Shown here in pieces: positions 39,844 through 54,800 of a stretch of DNA of 64,000 bases (position 1 is its first letter; every line of letters begins with the position of its first letter). The notes beneath the pieces are model-generated. The model was given only the letters and a program-made list of their open reading frames with translations, did no database searches and had not been told where the DNA came from. Position numbers and translations under genes: made by a program. The DNA is from Auanema rhodensis (Eukaryota > Animalia > Nematoda), in assembly GCA_964057225.1 (NCBI GenBank), contig OZ059894.1, positions 23,746,001-23,810,000 of the forward strand, given 5' to 3'.

Positions 39844-42800
39844 ACACGTGATGTGCACTTGGTATGTAACTCGCTTCACGTGAAAGATAAAGAGATGCGG
39901 TTTTCACAATTAGATTCCCCATGTCCATATTAGTCTAAAAACAAATTTTTATTGATATTGGTGCATGGTAACCATGACTTTGAAATTTACGTGAACTTTA
40001 ATTTATGCTAATTAAATGTACACGTGATGTGCACTTGGTATGTAACTCGCTTCACGTGAAAGATAAAGAGATGCGGTTTTCAAAATTAGATTCCCCATGT
40101 CCATATTAGTCTAAAAACAAATTTTTATTGATATTGGTGCATGGTAACCATGACTTTGAAATTTACGTGAACTTTAATTTATGCTAATTAAATGTACACG
40201 TGATGTGCACTTGGTATGTAACTCGCTTCACGTAAAAGATAAAGAGATGCGGTTTTCAAAATTAGATTCCCCATAACCATATTAGTCTAAAAACAAATTT
40301 TTATTGATATTGGTGCATGGTAACCATGACTTTGAAATTTACGTGAACTTTAATTTATGCTAATTAAATGTACACGTGATGTGCACTTGGTATGTAACTC
40401 GCTTCACGTGAAAGATAAAGAGATGCGGTTTTCAAAATTAGATTCCCCATGTCCATATTAGTCGAAAAACAAATTTTTATTGATATTGGTTCATGGTAAC
40501 CATGACTTTGAAATTTACGTGAACTTTAATTTATGCTAATTAAATGTGCACGTGATGTGCACTTGGTATGTAACTCGCTTCACGTGAAAGATAAAAAGAT
40601 GCGGTTTTCAGAATTAGATTCCCCATGTCCATATTAGTCTAAAAACAAATTTTTATTGATATTGGTTCATGGTAACCATGACTTTGAAATTTACGTGAAC
40701 TTTAATTTATGCTAATTAAATGTACACGTGATGTGCACTTGGTATGTAACTCGCTTCACGTGAAAGATAAAGAGATGCGGTTTTCAAAATTAGAATCCCC
40801 ATGTCCATATTAGTCTAAAAACAAATTTTTATTGATATTAACTCATGGTAACCATGATTTTGAAATTTACGTGAACTTTAATTTATGCTAATTAAATGTA
40901 CACGTGATGTGCACTTGGTATGTAACTCGCTTCACGTGAAAGATAAAGAGATGCGGTTTTCAAAATTAGATTTCTCATGTCCATATTAGTCTAAAAACAA
41001 ATTTTTATTGATATTGGTGCATGGTAACCATGACTTTGAAATTTACGTGAACTTTAATTTATGCTAATTAAATGTACACGTGGTGTGCACTTGGTATGTA
41101 ACTCGCTTCACGTGAAAGACAAAGAGATGCGGTTTTCAAAATTAGATTCCCCATGTCCATATTAGTCTAAAAACAAATTTTTATTGATATTGGTGCATGG
41201 TAACCATGACTTTGAAATTTACGTGAACTTTAATTTATGCTAATTAAATGTACACGTGATGTGCACTTGGTATGTAACTCGCTTCACGTGAAAGATAAAG
41301 AGATGCGGTTTTCAAAATTAGATTCCCCATGTCCATATTAGTCTAAAAACAAATTTTTATTGATATTGGTGCATGGTAACCATGACTTTGAAATTTACGT
41401 GAACTTTAATTTATGCTAATTAAATGTACACGTGATGTGCACTTGGTATGTAACTCGCTTCACGTGAAAGATAAAGAGATGCGGTTTTCAAAATTAGATT
41501 CCCCATGTCCATATTAGTCTAAAAACAAATTTTTATTGATATTGGTGCATGGTAACCATGACTTTGAAATTTACGTGAACTTTAATTTATGCTAATTAAA
41601 TGTACACGTGATGTGCACTTGGTATGTAACTCGCTTCACGTGAAAGATAAAGAGATGCGGTTTTCAAAATTAGATTCCCCATGTCCATATTAGTCTAAAA
41701 ACAAATTTTTATTGATATTGGTTCATGGTAACCATGTCTTTGAAAATTACGTGAACTTTAATTTATGCTAATTAAATGTACACGTGATGTGCACTTGGTA
41801 TGTAACTCGCTTCACGTGAAAGATAAAGAGATGCGGTTTTCAAAATTAGATTCCCCATGTCCATATTAGTCGAAAAACAAATTTTTATTGATATTGGTTC
41901 ATGGTAACCATGACTTTGAAATTTACGTGAACTTTAATTTATGCTAATTAAATGTACACGTGATGTGCACTTGGTATGTAACTCGCTTCACGTGAAAGAT
42001 AAAGAGATGCGGTTTTCAGACCTAGATTCCCCATGTCCATATTAGTCTAAAAACAAATTTTTATTGATATTGGTTCATGGTAACCATGACTTTGAAATTT
42101 ACGTGAACTTTAATTTATGCTAATTAAATGTACACGTGATGTGCACTTGGTATGTAACTCGCTTCACGTGAAAGATAAAGAGATGCGGTTTTCAAAATTA
42201 GAATCCCCATGTCCATATTAGTCTAAAAACAAATTTTTATTGATATTAATTCATGGTAACCATGATTTTGAAATTTACGTGAACTTTAATTTATGCTAAT
42301 TAAATGTACACGTGATGTGCACTTGGTATGTAACTCGCTTCACGTGAAAGATAAAGAGATGAGGTTTTCAAAATTAGATTCCCCATGTCCATATTAGTCT
42401 AAAAACAAATTTTTATTGATATTGGTGCATGGTAACCATGACTTTGAAATTTACGTGAACTTTAATTTATGCTAATTAAATGTACACGTGGTGTGCACTT
42501 GGTATGTAACTCGCTTCACGTGAAAAACAAAGAGATGCGGTTTTCAAACTTAGATTCCCCATGTCCATATTAGTCTAAAAACAAATTTTTATTGATATTG
42601 GTGCATGGTAACCATGACTTTGAAATTTACGTGAACTTTAATTTATGCTAATTAAATGTACACGTGATGTGCACTTGGTATGTAACTCGCTTCACGTGAA
42701 AGATAAAGAGATGCGGTTTTCAAAATTAGAATCCCCATGTCCATATTAGTCTAAAAACAAATTTTTATTGATATTAATTCATGGTAACCATGATTTTGAA

Positions 42801-45800
42801 ATTTACGTGAACTTTAATTTATGCTAATTAAATGTACACGTGATGTGCACTTGGTATGTAACTCGCTTCACGTGAAAGATAAAGAGATGCGGTTTTCAAA
42901 ATTAGATTTCTCATGTCCATATTAGTCTAAAAACAAATTTTTATTGATATTGGTGCATGGTAACCATGACTTTGAAATTTACGTGAACTTTAATTTATGC
43001 TAATTAAATGTACACGTGGTGTGCACTTGGTATGTAACTCGCTTCACGTGAAAGACAAAGAGATGCGGTTTTCAAAATTAGATTCCCCATGTCCATATTA
43101 GTCTAAAAACAAATTTTTATTGATATTGGTGCATGGTAACCATGACTTTGAAATTTACGTGAACTTTAATTTATGCTAATTAAATGTACACGTGATGTGC
43201 ACTTGGTATGTAACTCGCTTCACGTGAAAGATAAAGAGATGCGGTTTTCAAAATTAGATTCCCCATGTCCATATTAGTCTAAAAACAAATTTTTATTGAT
43301 ATTGGTGCATGGTAACCATGACTTTGAAATTTACGTGAACTTTAATTTATGCTAATTAAATGTACACGTGATGTGCACTTGGTATGTAACTCGCTTCACG
43401 TGAAAGATAAAGAGATGCGGTTTTCAAAATTAGATTCCCCATGTCCATATTAGTCTAAAAACAAATTTTTATTGATATTGGTTCATGGTAACCATGTCTT
43501 TGAAAATTACGTGAACTTTAATTTATGCTAATTAAATGTACACGTGATGTGCACTTGGTATGTAACTCGCTTCACGTGAAAGATAAAGAGATGCGGTTTT
43601 CAAAATTAGATTCCCCATGTCCATATTAGTCTAAAAACAAATTTTTATTGATATTGGTTCATGGTAACCATGTCTTTGAAAATTACGTGAACTTTAATTT
43701 ATGCTAATTAAATGTACACGTGATGTGCACTTGGTATGTAACTCGCTTCACGTGAAAGATAAAGAGATGCGGTTTTCAAAATTAGATTCCCCATGTCCAT
43801 ATTAGTCTACAAACAAATTTTTATTGATATTGGTGCATGGTAACCATGACTTTGAAATTTACGTGAACTTCAATTTATGCTAATTAAATGTACACGTGAT
43901 GTGCACTTGGTATGTAACTCGCTTCACGTGAAAGATAAAGAGATGCGGTTTTCAAAATTAGATTCCCCATGTCCATATTAGTCTAAAAACAAATTTTTAT
44001 TGATATTGGTTCATGGTAACCATGACTTTGAAATTTACGTGAACTTTAATTTATGCTAATTAAATGTACACGTGATGTGCACTTGGTATGTAACTCGCTT
44101 CACGTGCAAGATAAAGAGATGTGGTTTTCAAAATTAGATTCCCCATGTCCGTATTAGTCTAAAAACAAATTTTTATTGATATTGGTTCATGGTAACCATG
44201 ACTTTGAAATTTACGTGAACTTTAATTTATGCTAATTAAATGTACACGTGATGTGCACTTGGTATGTAACTCGCTTCACGTGCAAGATAAAGAGATGTGG
44301 TTTTCAAAATTAGATTCCCCATGTCCGTATTAGTCTAAAAACAAATTTTTATTGATATTGGTTCATGGTAACCATGACTTTGAAATTTACGTGAACTTTA
44401 ATTTATGCTAATTAAATGTACACGTGATGTGCACTTGGTATGTAACTCGCTTCACGTGAAAGATAAAGAGATGCGGTTTTCAAAATTAGATTCCCCATGT
44501 CCATATTAGTCTAAAAACAAATTTTTATTGATATTGGTGCATGGTAACCATGACTTTGAAATTTACGTGAACTTTAATTTATGCTAATTAAATGTACACG
44601 TGATGTGCACTTGGTATGTAACTCGCTTCACGTGAAAGATAAAGAGATGCGGTTTTCAAAATTAGATTCCCCATGTCCATATTAGTCTAAAAACAAATTT
44701 TTATTGATATTGGTTCATGGTAACCATGTCTTTGAAAATTACGTGAACTTTAATTTATGCTAATTAAATGTACACGTGATGTGCACTTGGTATGTAACTC
44801 GCTTCACGTGAAAGATAAAGAGATGCGGTTTTCAAAATTAGATTCCCCATGTCCATATTAGTCTAAAAACAAATTTTTATTGATATTGGTGCATGGTAAC
44901 CATGACTTTGAAATTTACGTGAACTTTAATTTATGCTAATTAAATGTACACGTGATGTGCACTTGGTATGTAACTCGCTTCACGTGAAAGATAAAGAGAT
45001 GCGGTTTTCAAAATTAGATTCCCCATGTCCATATTAAACTAAAAACAAATTTTTATTGATATTGGTGCATGGTAACCATGACTTTGAAATTTAAGTGAAC
45101 TTCAATTTATGCTAATTAAATGTACACGTGATGTGCACTTGGTATGTAACTCGCTTCACGTGAAAGATAAAGAGATGCGGTTTTCAAAATTAGATTCCCC
45201 ATGTCCATATTATTCTAAAAACAAATTTTTATTGATATTGGTTCATGGTAACCATGACTTTGAAATTTACGTGAACTTTAATTTATGCTAATTAAATGTA
45301 CACGTGATGTGCACTTGGTATGTAACTCGCTTCACGTGAAAGATAAAGAGATGCGGTTTTCAAAATTAGATTCCCCATGTCCATATTAGTCTAAAAACAA
45401 ATTTTTATTGATATTGGTGCATGGTAACCATGACTTTGAAATTTACGTGAACTTTAATTTATGCTAATTAAATGTACACGTGATGTGCACTTGGTATGTA
45501 ACTCGCTTCACGTGCAAGATAAAGAGATGTGGTTTTCAAAATTAGATTCCCCATGTCCGTATTAGTCTAAAAACAATTTTTTATTGATATTGGTTCATGG
45601 TAACCATGACTTTGAAATTTACGTGAACTTTAATTTATGCTAATTAAATGTACACGTGATGTGCACTTGGTATGTAACTCGCTTCACGTGCAAGATAAAG
45701 AGATGTGGTTTTCAAAATTAGATTCCCCATGTCCGTATTAGTCTAAAAACAAATTTTTATTGATATTGGTTCATGGTAACCATGACTTTGAAATTTACGT

Positions 45801-48800
45801 GAACTTTAATTTATGCTAATTAAATGTACACGTGATGTGCACTTGGTATGTAACTCGCTTCACGTGAAAGATAAAGAGATGCGGTTTTCAAAATTAGAAT
45901 CCCCATGTCCATATTAGTCTAAAAACAAATTTTTATTGATACTGGTTCATGGTAACCATGACTTTGAAATTTACGTGAACTTTAATTTATGCTAATTAAA
46001 TGTACACGTGATGTGCACTTGGTATGTAACTCGCTTCACGTGAAAGATAAAGAGATGCGGTTTTCAAAATTAGATTCCCCATGTCCATATTAGTCTAAAA
46101 ACAAATTTTTATTGATATTGGTTCATGGTAACCATGTCTTTGAAAATCACGTGAACTTTAATTTATGCTAATTAAATGTACACGTGATGTGCACTTGGTA
46201 TGTAACTCGCTTCACGTGAAAGATAAAGAGATGCGGTTTTCAAAATTAGATTCCCCATGTCCATATTAGTCTAAAAACAAATTTTTATTGATATTGGTTC
46301 ATGGTAACCATGACTTTGAAATTTACGTGAACTTTAATTTATGCTAATTAAATGTACACGTGATGTGCACTTGGTATGTAACTCGCTTCACGTGAAAGAT
46401 AAAGAGATGCGGTTTTCAAAATTAGATTCCCCATGTCCATATTAGTCTAAAAACAAATTTTTATTGATATTGGTTCATGGTAACCATGTCTTTGAAAATC
46501 ACGTGAACTTTAATTTATGCTAATTAAATGTACACGTGATGTGCACTTGGTATGTAACTCGCTTCACGTGAAAGATAAAGAGATGCGGTTTTCAAAATTA
46601 GATTCCCCATGTCCATATTAGTCGAAAAACAAATTTTTATTGATATTGGTTCATGGTAACCATGACTTTGAAATTTACGTGAACTTTAATTTATGCTAAT
46701 TAAATGTACACGTGATGTGCACTTGGTATGTAACTCGCTTCACGTGAAAGATAAAAAGATGCGGTTTTCAAAATTAGATTCCCCATGTCCATATTAGTCT
46801 AAAAACAAATTTTTATTGATATTGGTTCATGGTAACCATGACTTTGAAATTTACGTGAACTTTAATTTATGCTAATTAAATGTACACGTGATGTGCACTT
46901 GGTATGTAACTCGCTTCACGTGAAAGATAAAGAGATGCGGTTTTCAAAATTAGAATCCCCATGTCCATATTGGTCTAAAAACAAATTTTTATTGATACTG
47001 GTTCATGGTAACCATGACTTTGAAATTTACGTGAACTTTAATTTATGCTAATTAAATGTACACGTTATGTGCACTTGGTATGTAACTCGCTTCACGTGAA
47101 AGATAAAGAGATGCGGTTTTCAAAATTAGAATCCCCATGTCCATATTAGTCTAAAAACAAATTTTATTGATATTAATTCATGGTAACCATGATTTTGAAA
47201 TTTACGTGAACTTTAATTTATGCTAATTAAATGTACACGTGATGTGCACTTGGTATGTAACTCGCTTCACGTGAAAGATAAAGAGATGCGGTTTTCAAAA
47301 TTAGATTCCCCATGTCCATATTAGTCTAAAAACAAATTTTTATTGATATTGGTGCATGGTAACCATGACTTTGAAATTTACGTGAACTTTAATTTATGCT
47401 AATTAAATGTACACGTGATGTGCACTTGGTATGTAACTCGCTTCACGTGAAAGATAAAGAGATGCGGTTTTCAAAATTAGATTCCCCATGTCCATATTAG
47501 TCTAAAAACAAATTTTTATTGATATTGGTGCATGGTAACCATGACTTTGAAATTTACGTGAACTTTAATTTATGCTAATTAAATGTACACGTGATGTGCA
47601 CTTGGTATGTAACTCGCTTCACGTGAAAGATAAAGAGATGCGGTTTTCAAAATTAGATTCCCCATGTCCATATTAGTCTAAAAACAAATTTTTATTGATA
47701 TTGGTGCATGGTAACCATGACTTTGAATATTACGTGAACTTTAATTTATGCTAATCAAATGTACACGTGATGTGCACTTGGTATGTAACTCGCTTCACGT
47801 GAAAGATAAAGAGATGCGGTTTTCAAAATTAGATTCCTCATGTCCATATTAGTCTAAAAACAAATTTTTATTGATATTGGTTCATGGTAACCATGACTTT
47901 GAAATTTACGTGAACTTTAATTTATGCTAATTAAATGTACACGTGATGTGCACTTGGTATGTAACTCGCTTCACGTGAAAGATAAAGAGATGCGGTTTTC
48001 AAAATTAGATTCCCCATGTCCATAGTAGTCTAAAAACAAATTTTTATTGATATTGGTGCATGGTAACCATGACTTTGAAATTTACGTGAACTTTAATTTA
48101 TGCTAATTAAATGTACACGTGATGTGCACTTGGTATGTAACTCGCTTTACGTGAAAGATAAAGAGATGCGGTTTTCAAAATTAGATTCCCCATGTCCATA
48201 GTAGTCTAAAAACAAATTTTTATTGATATTGGTGCATGGTAACCATGACTTTGAAATTTACGTGAACTTTAATTTATGCTAATTAAATGTACACGTGATG
48301 TGCACTTGGTATGTAACTCGCTTTACGTGAAAGATAAAGAGATGCGGTTTTCACAATTAGATTCCCCATGTCCATATTAGTCTAAAAACAAATTTTTATT
48401 GATATTGGTTCATGGTAACCATGACTTTGAAATTTACGTGAACTTTAATTTATGCTAATTAAATGTACACGTGATGTGCACTTGGTATGTAACTCGCTTC
48501 ACGTGAAAGATAAAGAGATGCGCTTTTCAAAATTAGATTCCCCATGTCCATATTAGTCTAAAAACAAATTTTTATTGATATTGGTTCATGGTAACCATGA
48601 CTTTGAAATTTACGTGAACTTTAACTTATGCTAATTAAATGTACACGTGATGTGCACTTGGTATGTAACTCGCTTCACGTGAAAGATAAAGAGATGCGGT
48701 TTTCAAAATAAGATTCCCCATGTCCATATTAGTCTAAAAACAAATTTTTTTTGATATTGGTGCATGGTAACCATGACTTTGAAATTTACGTGAACTTTAA

Positions 48801-51800
48801 TTTATGCTAATTAAATGTACACGTGATGTGCACTTGGTATGTAACTCGCTTCACGTGAAAGATAAAGAGATGCGGTTTTCAAAATTAGAATCCCCATGTC
48901 CATATTAGTCTAAAAACAAATTTTTATTGATATTAATTCATGGTAACCTTGATTTTGAAATTTACGTGAACTTTAATTTATGCTAATTAAATGTACACGT
49001 GATGTGCACTTGGTATGTAACTAGCTTCACGTGAAAGATAAAGAGATGCGGTTTTCAAAATTAGATTCTCCATGTCCATATTAGTCTACAAACAAATTTT
49101 TATTGATATTGGTTCATGGTAACCATGTCTTTGAAAATTACGTGAACTTTAATTTATGCTAATTAAATGTACACGTGATGTGCACTTGGTATGTAACTCG
49201 CTTCACGTAAAAGATAAAGAGATGCGGTTTTCAAAATTAGATTCCCCATGTCCATATTAGTCTAAAAACAAATTTTTATTGATATTGGTGCATGGTAACC
49301 ATGACTTTGAAATTTATGTGAACTTTAATTTATGCTAATTAAATGTACACGTGATGTGCACTTGGTATGTAACTCGCTTCACGTGAAAGATAAAGAGATG
49401 CGGTTTTCAAAGTTAGATTCCCCATGTCCATATTAGTCTAAAAACCAATTTTTATTGATATTGGTGCATGGTAACCATGACTTTGAAATTTACGTGAACT
49501 TTAATTTATGCTAATTAAATGTACACGTGATGTGCACTTGGTATGTAACTCGCTTCACGTGAAAGATAAAGAAATGCGGTTTTCAAAATTAGATTCCCCA
49601 TGTCCATATTAGTCTAAAAACAAATTTTTATTGATATTGGTTCATGGTAACCATGACTTTGAAATTTACGTGAACTTTAATTTATGCTAATTAAATGTAC
49701 ACGTGATGTGCACTTGGTATGTAACTCGCTTCACGTGAAAGATAAAGAGATGCGGTTTTCAAAATTAGATTCCCCATGTCCATATTAGTCTAAAAACAAA
49801 TTTTTATTGATATTGGTTCATGGTAACCATGACTTTGAAATTTACGTGAACTTTAACTTATGCTAATTAAATGTACACGTGATGTGCACTTGGTATGTAA
49901 CTCGCTTCACGTGAAAGATAAAGAGATGCGGTTTTCAAAATTAGATTCCCCATGTCCATATTAGTCTAAAAACAAATTTTTATTGATATTGGTTCATGGT
50001 AACCATGACTTTGAAATTTACGTGAACTTTAATTTATGCTAATTAAATGTACACGTGATGTGCACTTGGTATGTAACTCGCTTCACGTGAAAGATAAAGA
50101 GATGCAGTTTTCAAAATTAGATTCCCCATGTTCATATTAGTCTAAAAACAAATTTTTATTGATATTGGTTCATGGTAACCATGACTTTGAAATTTACGTG
50201 AACTTTAATTTATGCTAATTAAATGTACACGTGATGTGCACTTGGTATGTAACTCGCTTCACGTGAAAGATGAAGAGATGCGGTTTTCAAAATTAGATTC
50301 CCCATGTCCATATTAGTCTAAAAACAAATTTTTATTGATATTGGTGCATGGTAACCATGACTTTGAAATTTACGTGAACTTTAATTTATGCTAATTAAAT
50401 GTACACGTGATGTGCACTTGGTATGTAACTTGCTTCACGTGAAAGATAAAGAGATGCGGTTTTCAAAATTAGATTCCCCATGTCCATATTAGTCTAAAAA
50501 CAAATTTTTATTGATATTGGTGCATGGTAACCATGACTTTGAAATTTACGTGAACTTTAATTTATGCTAATTAAATGTACACGTGATGTGCACTTGGTAT
50601 GTAACTCGCTTCACGTGAAAGATAAAGAGATGCGGTTTTCCAAAATAGATTCCCCATGTCCATATTAGTCTAAAAACAAATTTTTATTGATATTGGTGCA
50701 TGGTAACCATGACTTTGAAATTTACGTGAACTTTAATTTATGCTAATTAAATGTACACGTGATGTGCACTTGGTATGTAACTCGCTTCACGTGAAAGATA
50801 AAGAGATGCGGTTTTCAAAATTAGATTCCCCATGTCCATATTAGTCTAAAAACAAATTTTTATTGATATTGGTTCATGGTAACCATGACTTTGAAATTTA
50901 CGTGAACTTTAATTTATGCTAATTAAATGTACACGTGATGTGCACTTGGTATGTAACTCGCTTCACGTGAAAGATAAAGAGATGCGGTTTTCAAAATTAG
51001 ATTCCCCATGTCCATATTAGTCTAAAAACAAATTTTCATTGATATTGGTGCATGGTAACCATGACTTTGAAATTTACGTGAACTTTAATTTATGCTAATT
51101 AAATGTACACGTGATGTGCACTTGGTATGTAACTCGCTTCACGTGAAAGATAAAGAGATGCGGTTTTCAAAATTAGATTCCCCATGTCCATATTAGTCTA
51201 AAAACAAATTTTTATTGATATTGGTTCATGGTAACCATGACTTTGAAATTTACGTGAACTTTAATTTATGCTAATTAAATGTACACGTGATGTGCACTTG
51301 GTATGTAACTCGCTTCACGTGAAAGATAAAGAGATGCGGTTTTCAAAATTAGATTCCCCATGTCCATATTAGTCTAAAAACAAATTTTTATTGATATTGG
51401 TTCATTGTAACCATGACTTTGAAATTTACGTGAACTTTAATTTATGCTAATTAAATGTACACGTGATGTGCACTTGGTATGTAACTTGCTTCACGTGAAA
51501 GATAAAGAGATGCGGTTTTCAAAATTAGATTCCCCATGTCCATATTAGTCTAAAAACAAATTTTTATTGATATTGGTGCATGGTAACCATGACTTTGAAA
51601 TTTACGTGAACTTTAATTTATGCTAATTAAATGTACACGTGATGTGCACTTGGTATGTAACTCGCTTCACGTGAAAGATAAAGAGATGCGGTTTTCAAAA
51701 TTAGATTCCCCATGTCCATATTAGTCTAAAAACAAATTTTTATTGATATTGGTTCATGGTAACCATGACTTTGAAATTTACGTGAACTTTAATTTATGCT

Positions 51801-54800
51801 AATTAAATGTACACGTGATGTGCACTTGGTATGTAACTCGCTTCACGTGAAAGATAAAGAGATGCGGTTTTCAAAATTAGATTCCCCATGTCCATATTAG
51901 TCTAAAAACAAATTTTTATTGATATTGGTTCATGGTAACCATGACTTTGGAATTTACGTGAACTTTAATTTATGCTAATTAAATGTACACGTGATGTGCA
52001 CTTGGTATGTAACTCGCTTCACGTGAAAGATAAAGAGATGCGGTTTTCCAAATTAGATTCCCCATGTCCATATTAGTCTAAAAACAAATTTTTATTGATA
52101 TTGGTGCATGGTAACCATGACTTTGAAATTTACGTGAACTTTAATTTATGCTAATTAAATGTACACGTGATGTGCACTTGGTATGTAACTCGCTTCACGT
52201 GAAAGATAAAGAGATGCGGTTTTCAAAATTAGATTCCCCATGTCCATATTAGTCTAAAAACAAATTTTTATTGATATTGGTTCATGGTAACCATGACTTT
52301 GAAATTTACGTGAACTTTAATTTATGCTAATTAAATGTACACGTGATGTGCACTTGGTATGTAACTCGCTTCACGTGAAAGATAAAGAGATGCGGTTTTC
52401 AAAATTAGATTCCTCATGTCCATATTAGTCTAAAAACAAATTTTTATTGATATTGGTGCATGGTAACCATGACTTTGAAATTTACGTGAACTTTAATTTA
52501 TGCTAATTAAATGTACACGTGATGTGCACTTGGTATGTAACTCGCTTCACGTGAAAGATAAAGAGATGCGGTTTTCAAAATTAGATTCCCCATGTCCATA
52601 TTAGTCTAAAAACAAATTTTTATTGATATTGGTGCATGGTAACCATGACTTTGAAATTTACGTGAACTTTAATTTATGCTAATTAAATGTACACGTGATG
52701 TGCACTTGGTATGTGACTCGCTTCACGTGAAAGAAAAAGAGATGCGGTTTTCAAAATTAGATTCCCCATGTCCATATTAGTCTAAAAACAAATTTTTATT
52801 GATATTGGTTCATGGTAACCATGACTTTGAAATTTACGTGAACTTTAATTTATGCTAATTAAATGTACACGTGATGTGCACTTGGTATGTAACTCGCTTC
52901 ACGTGAAAGATAAAGAGATGCGGTTTTCAAAATTAGATTCCCCATGTCCATATTAGTCTAAAAACAAATTTTTATTGATATTGGTTCATGGTAACCATGA
53001 CTTTGGAATTTACGTGAACTTTAATTTATGCTAATTAAATGTACACGTGATGTGCACTTGGTATGTAACTCGCTTCACGTGAAAGATAAAGAGATGCGGT
53101 TTTCAAAATTAGATTCCCCATGTCCATATTAGTCTAAAAACAAATTTTTATTGATATTGGTTCATGGTAACCATGACTTTGGAATTTACGTGAACTTTAA
53201 TTTATGCTAATTAAATGTACACGTGATGTGCACTTGGTATGTAACTCGCTTCACGTGAAAGATAAAGAGATGCGGTTTTCAAAATTAGATTCCCCATGTC
53301 CATATTAGTCTAAAAACAAATTTTTATTGATATTGGTGCATGGTAACCATGACTTTGAAATTTACGTGAACTTTAATTTATGCTAATTAAATGTACACGT
53401 GATGTGCACTTGGTATGTAACTCGCTTCACGTGAAAGATAAAGAGATGCGGTTTTCAAAATTAGATTCCCCATGTCCATATTAGTCTAAAAACAAATTTT
53501 TATTGATATTGGTTCATGGTAACCATGACTTTGAAATTTACGTGAACTTTAATTTATGCTAATTAAATGTACACGTGATGTGCACTTGGTATGTAACTCG
53601 CTTCACGTGAAAGATAAAGAGATGCGGTTTTCAAAATTAGATTCCCCATGTCCATATTAGTCTAAAAACAAATTTTTATTGATATTGGTGCATGGTAACC
53701 ATGACTTTGAAATTTACGTGAACTTTAATTTATGCTAATTAAATGTACACGTGATGTGCACTTGGTATGTAACTCGCTTCACGTGAAAGATAAAGAGATG
53801 CGGTTTTCAAAATTAGATTCCCCATGTCCATATTAGTCTAAAAACAAATTTTTATTGATATTGGTTCATGGTAACCATGACTTTGAAATTTACGTGAACT
53901 TTAATTTATGCTAATTAAATGTACACGTGATGTGCACTTGGTATGTAACTCACTTCACGTGAAAGATAAAGAGATGCGGTTTTCAAAATTAGATTCCCCA
54001 TGTCCATATTAGTCTAAAAACAAATTTTTATTGATATTGGTTCATGGTAACCATGACTTTGAAATTTACGTGAACTTTAATTTATGCTAATTAAATGTAC
54101 ACGTGATGTGCACTTGGTATGTAACTCGCTTCACGTGAAAGATAAAGAGATGCGGTTTTCAAAATTAGATTCCCCATGTCCATATTAGTCTAAAAACAAA
54201 TTTTTATTGATATTAATTCATGATAACCATGATTTTGAAATTTACGTGAACTTTAATTTATGCTAATTAAATGTACACGTGATGTGCACTTGGTATGTAA
54301 CTCGCTTCACGTGAAAGATAAAGAGATGCGGTTTTCAAAATTAGATTCCCCATGTCCATATTAGTCTAAAAACAAATTTTCATTGATATTGGTGCATGGT
54401 AACCATGACTTTGAAATTTACGTGAACTTTAATTTATGCTAATTAAATGTACACGTGATGTGCACTTGGTATGTAACTCGCTTCACGTGAAAGATAAAGA
54501 GATGCGGTTTTCAAAATTAGATTCCTCATGTCCATATTAGTCTAAAAACAAATTTTTATTGATATTGGTTCATGGTAACCATGACTTTGAAATTTACGTG
54601 AACTTTAATTTATGCTAATTAAATATACACGTGATGTGCACTTGGTATGTAACTCGCTTCACGTGAAAGATAAAGAGATGCGGTTTTCAAAATTAGATTC
54701 CCCATGTCCATATTAGTCTAAAAACAAATTTTTATTGATATTAGTGCATGGTAACCATGACTTTGAAATTTACGTGAACTTTAATTTATGCTAATTAAAT

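Noticed and set aside
45109-45291. 60-aa plus-strand ORF as a gene
   Set aside because: It is one satellite monomer with a TAG>TAT point change. There is no gene context and the other roughly 360 copies keep the stop.
46869-47051. 60-aa plus-strand ORF as a gene
   Set aside because: Same frame opened by TAG>TGG; a repeat by-product.
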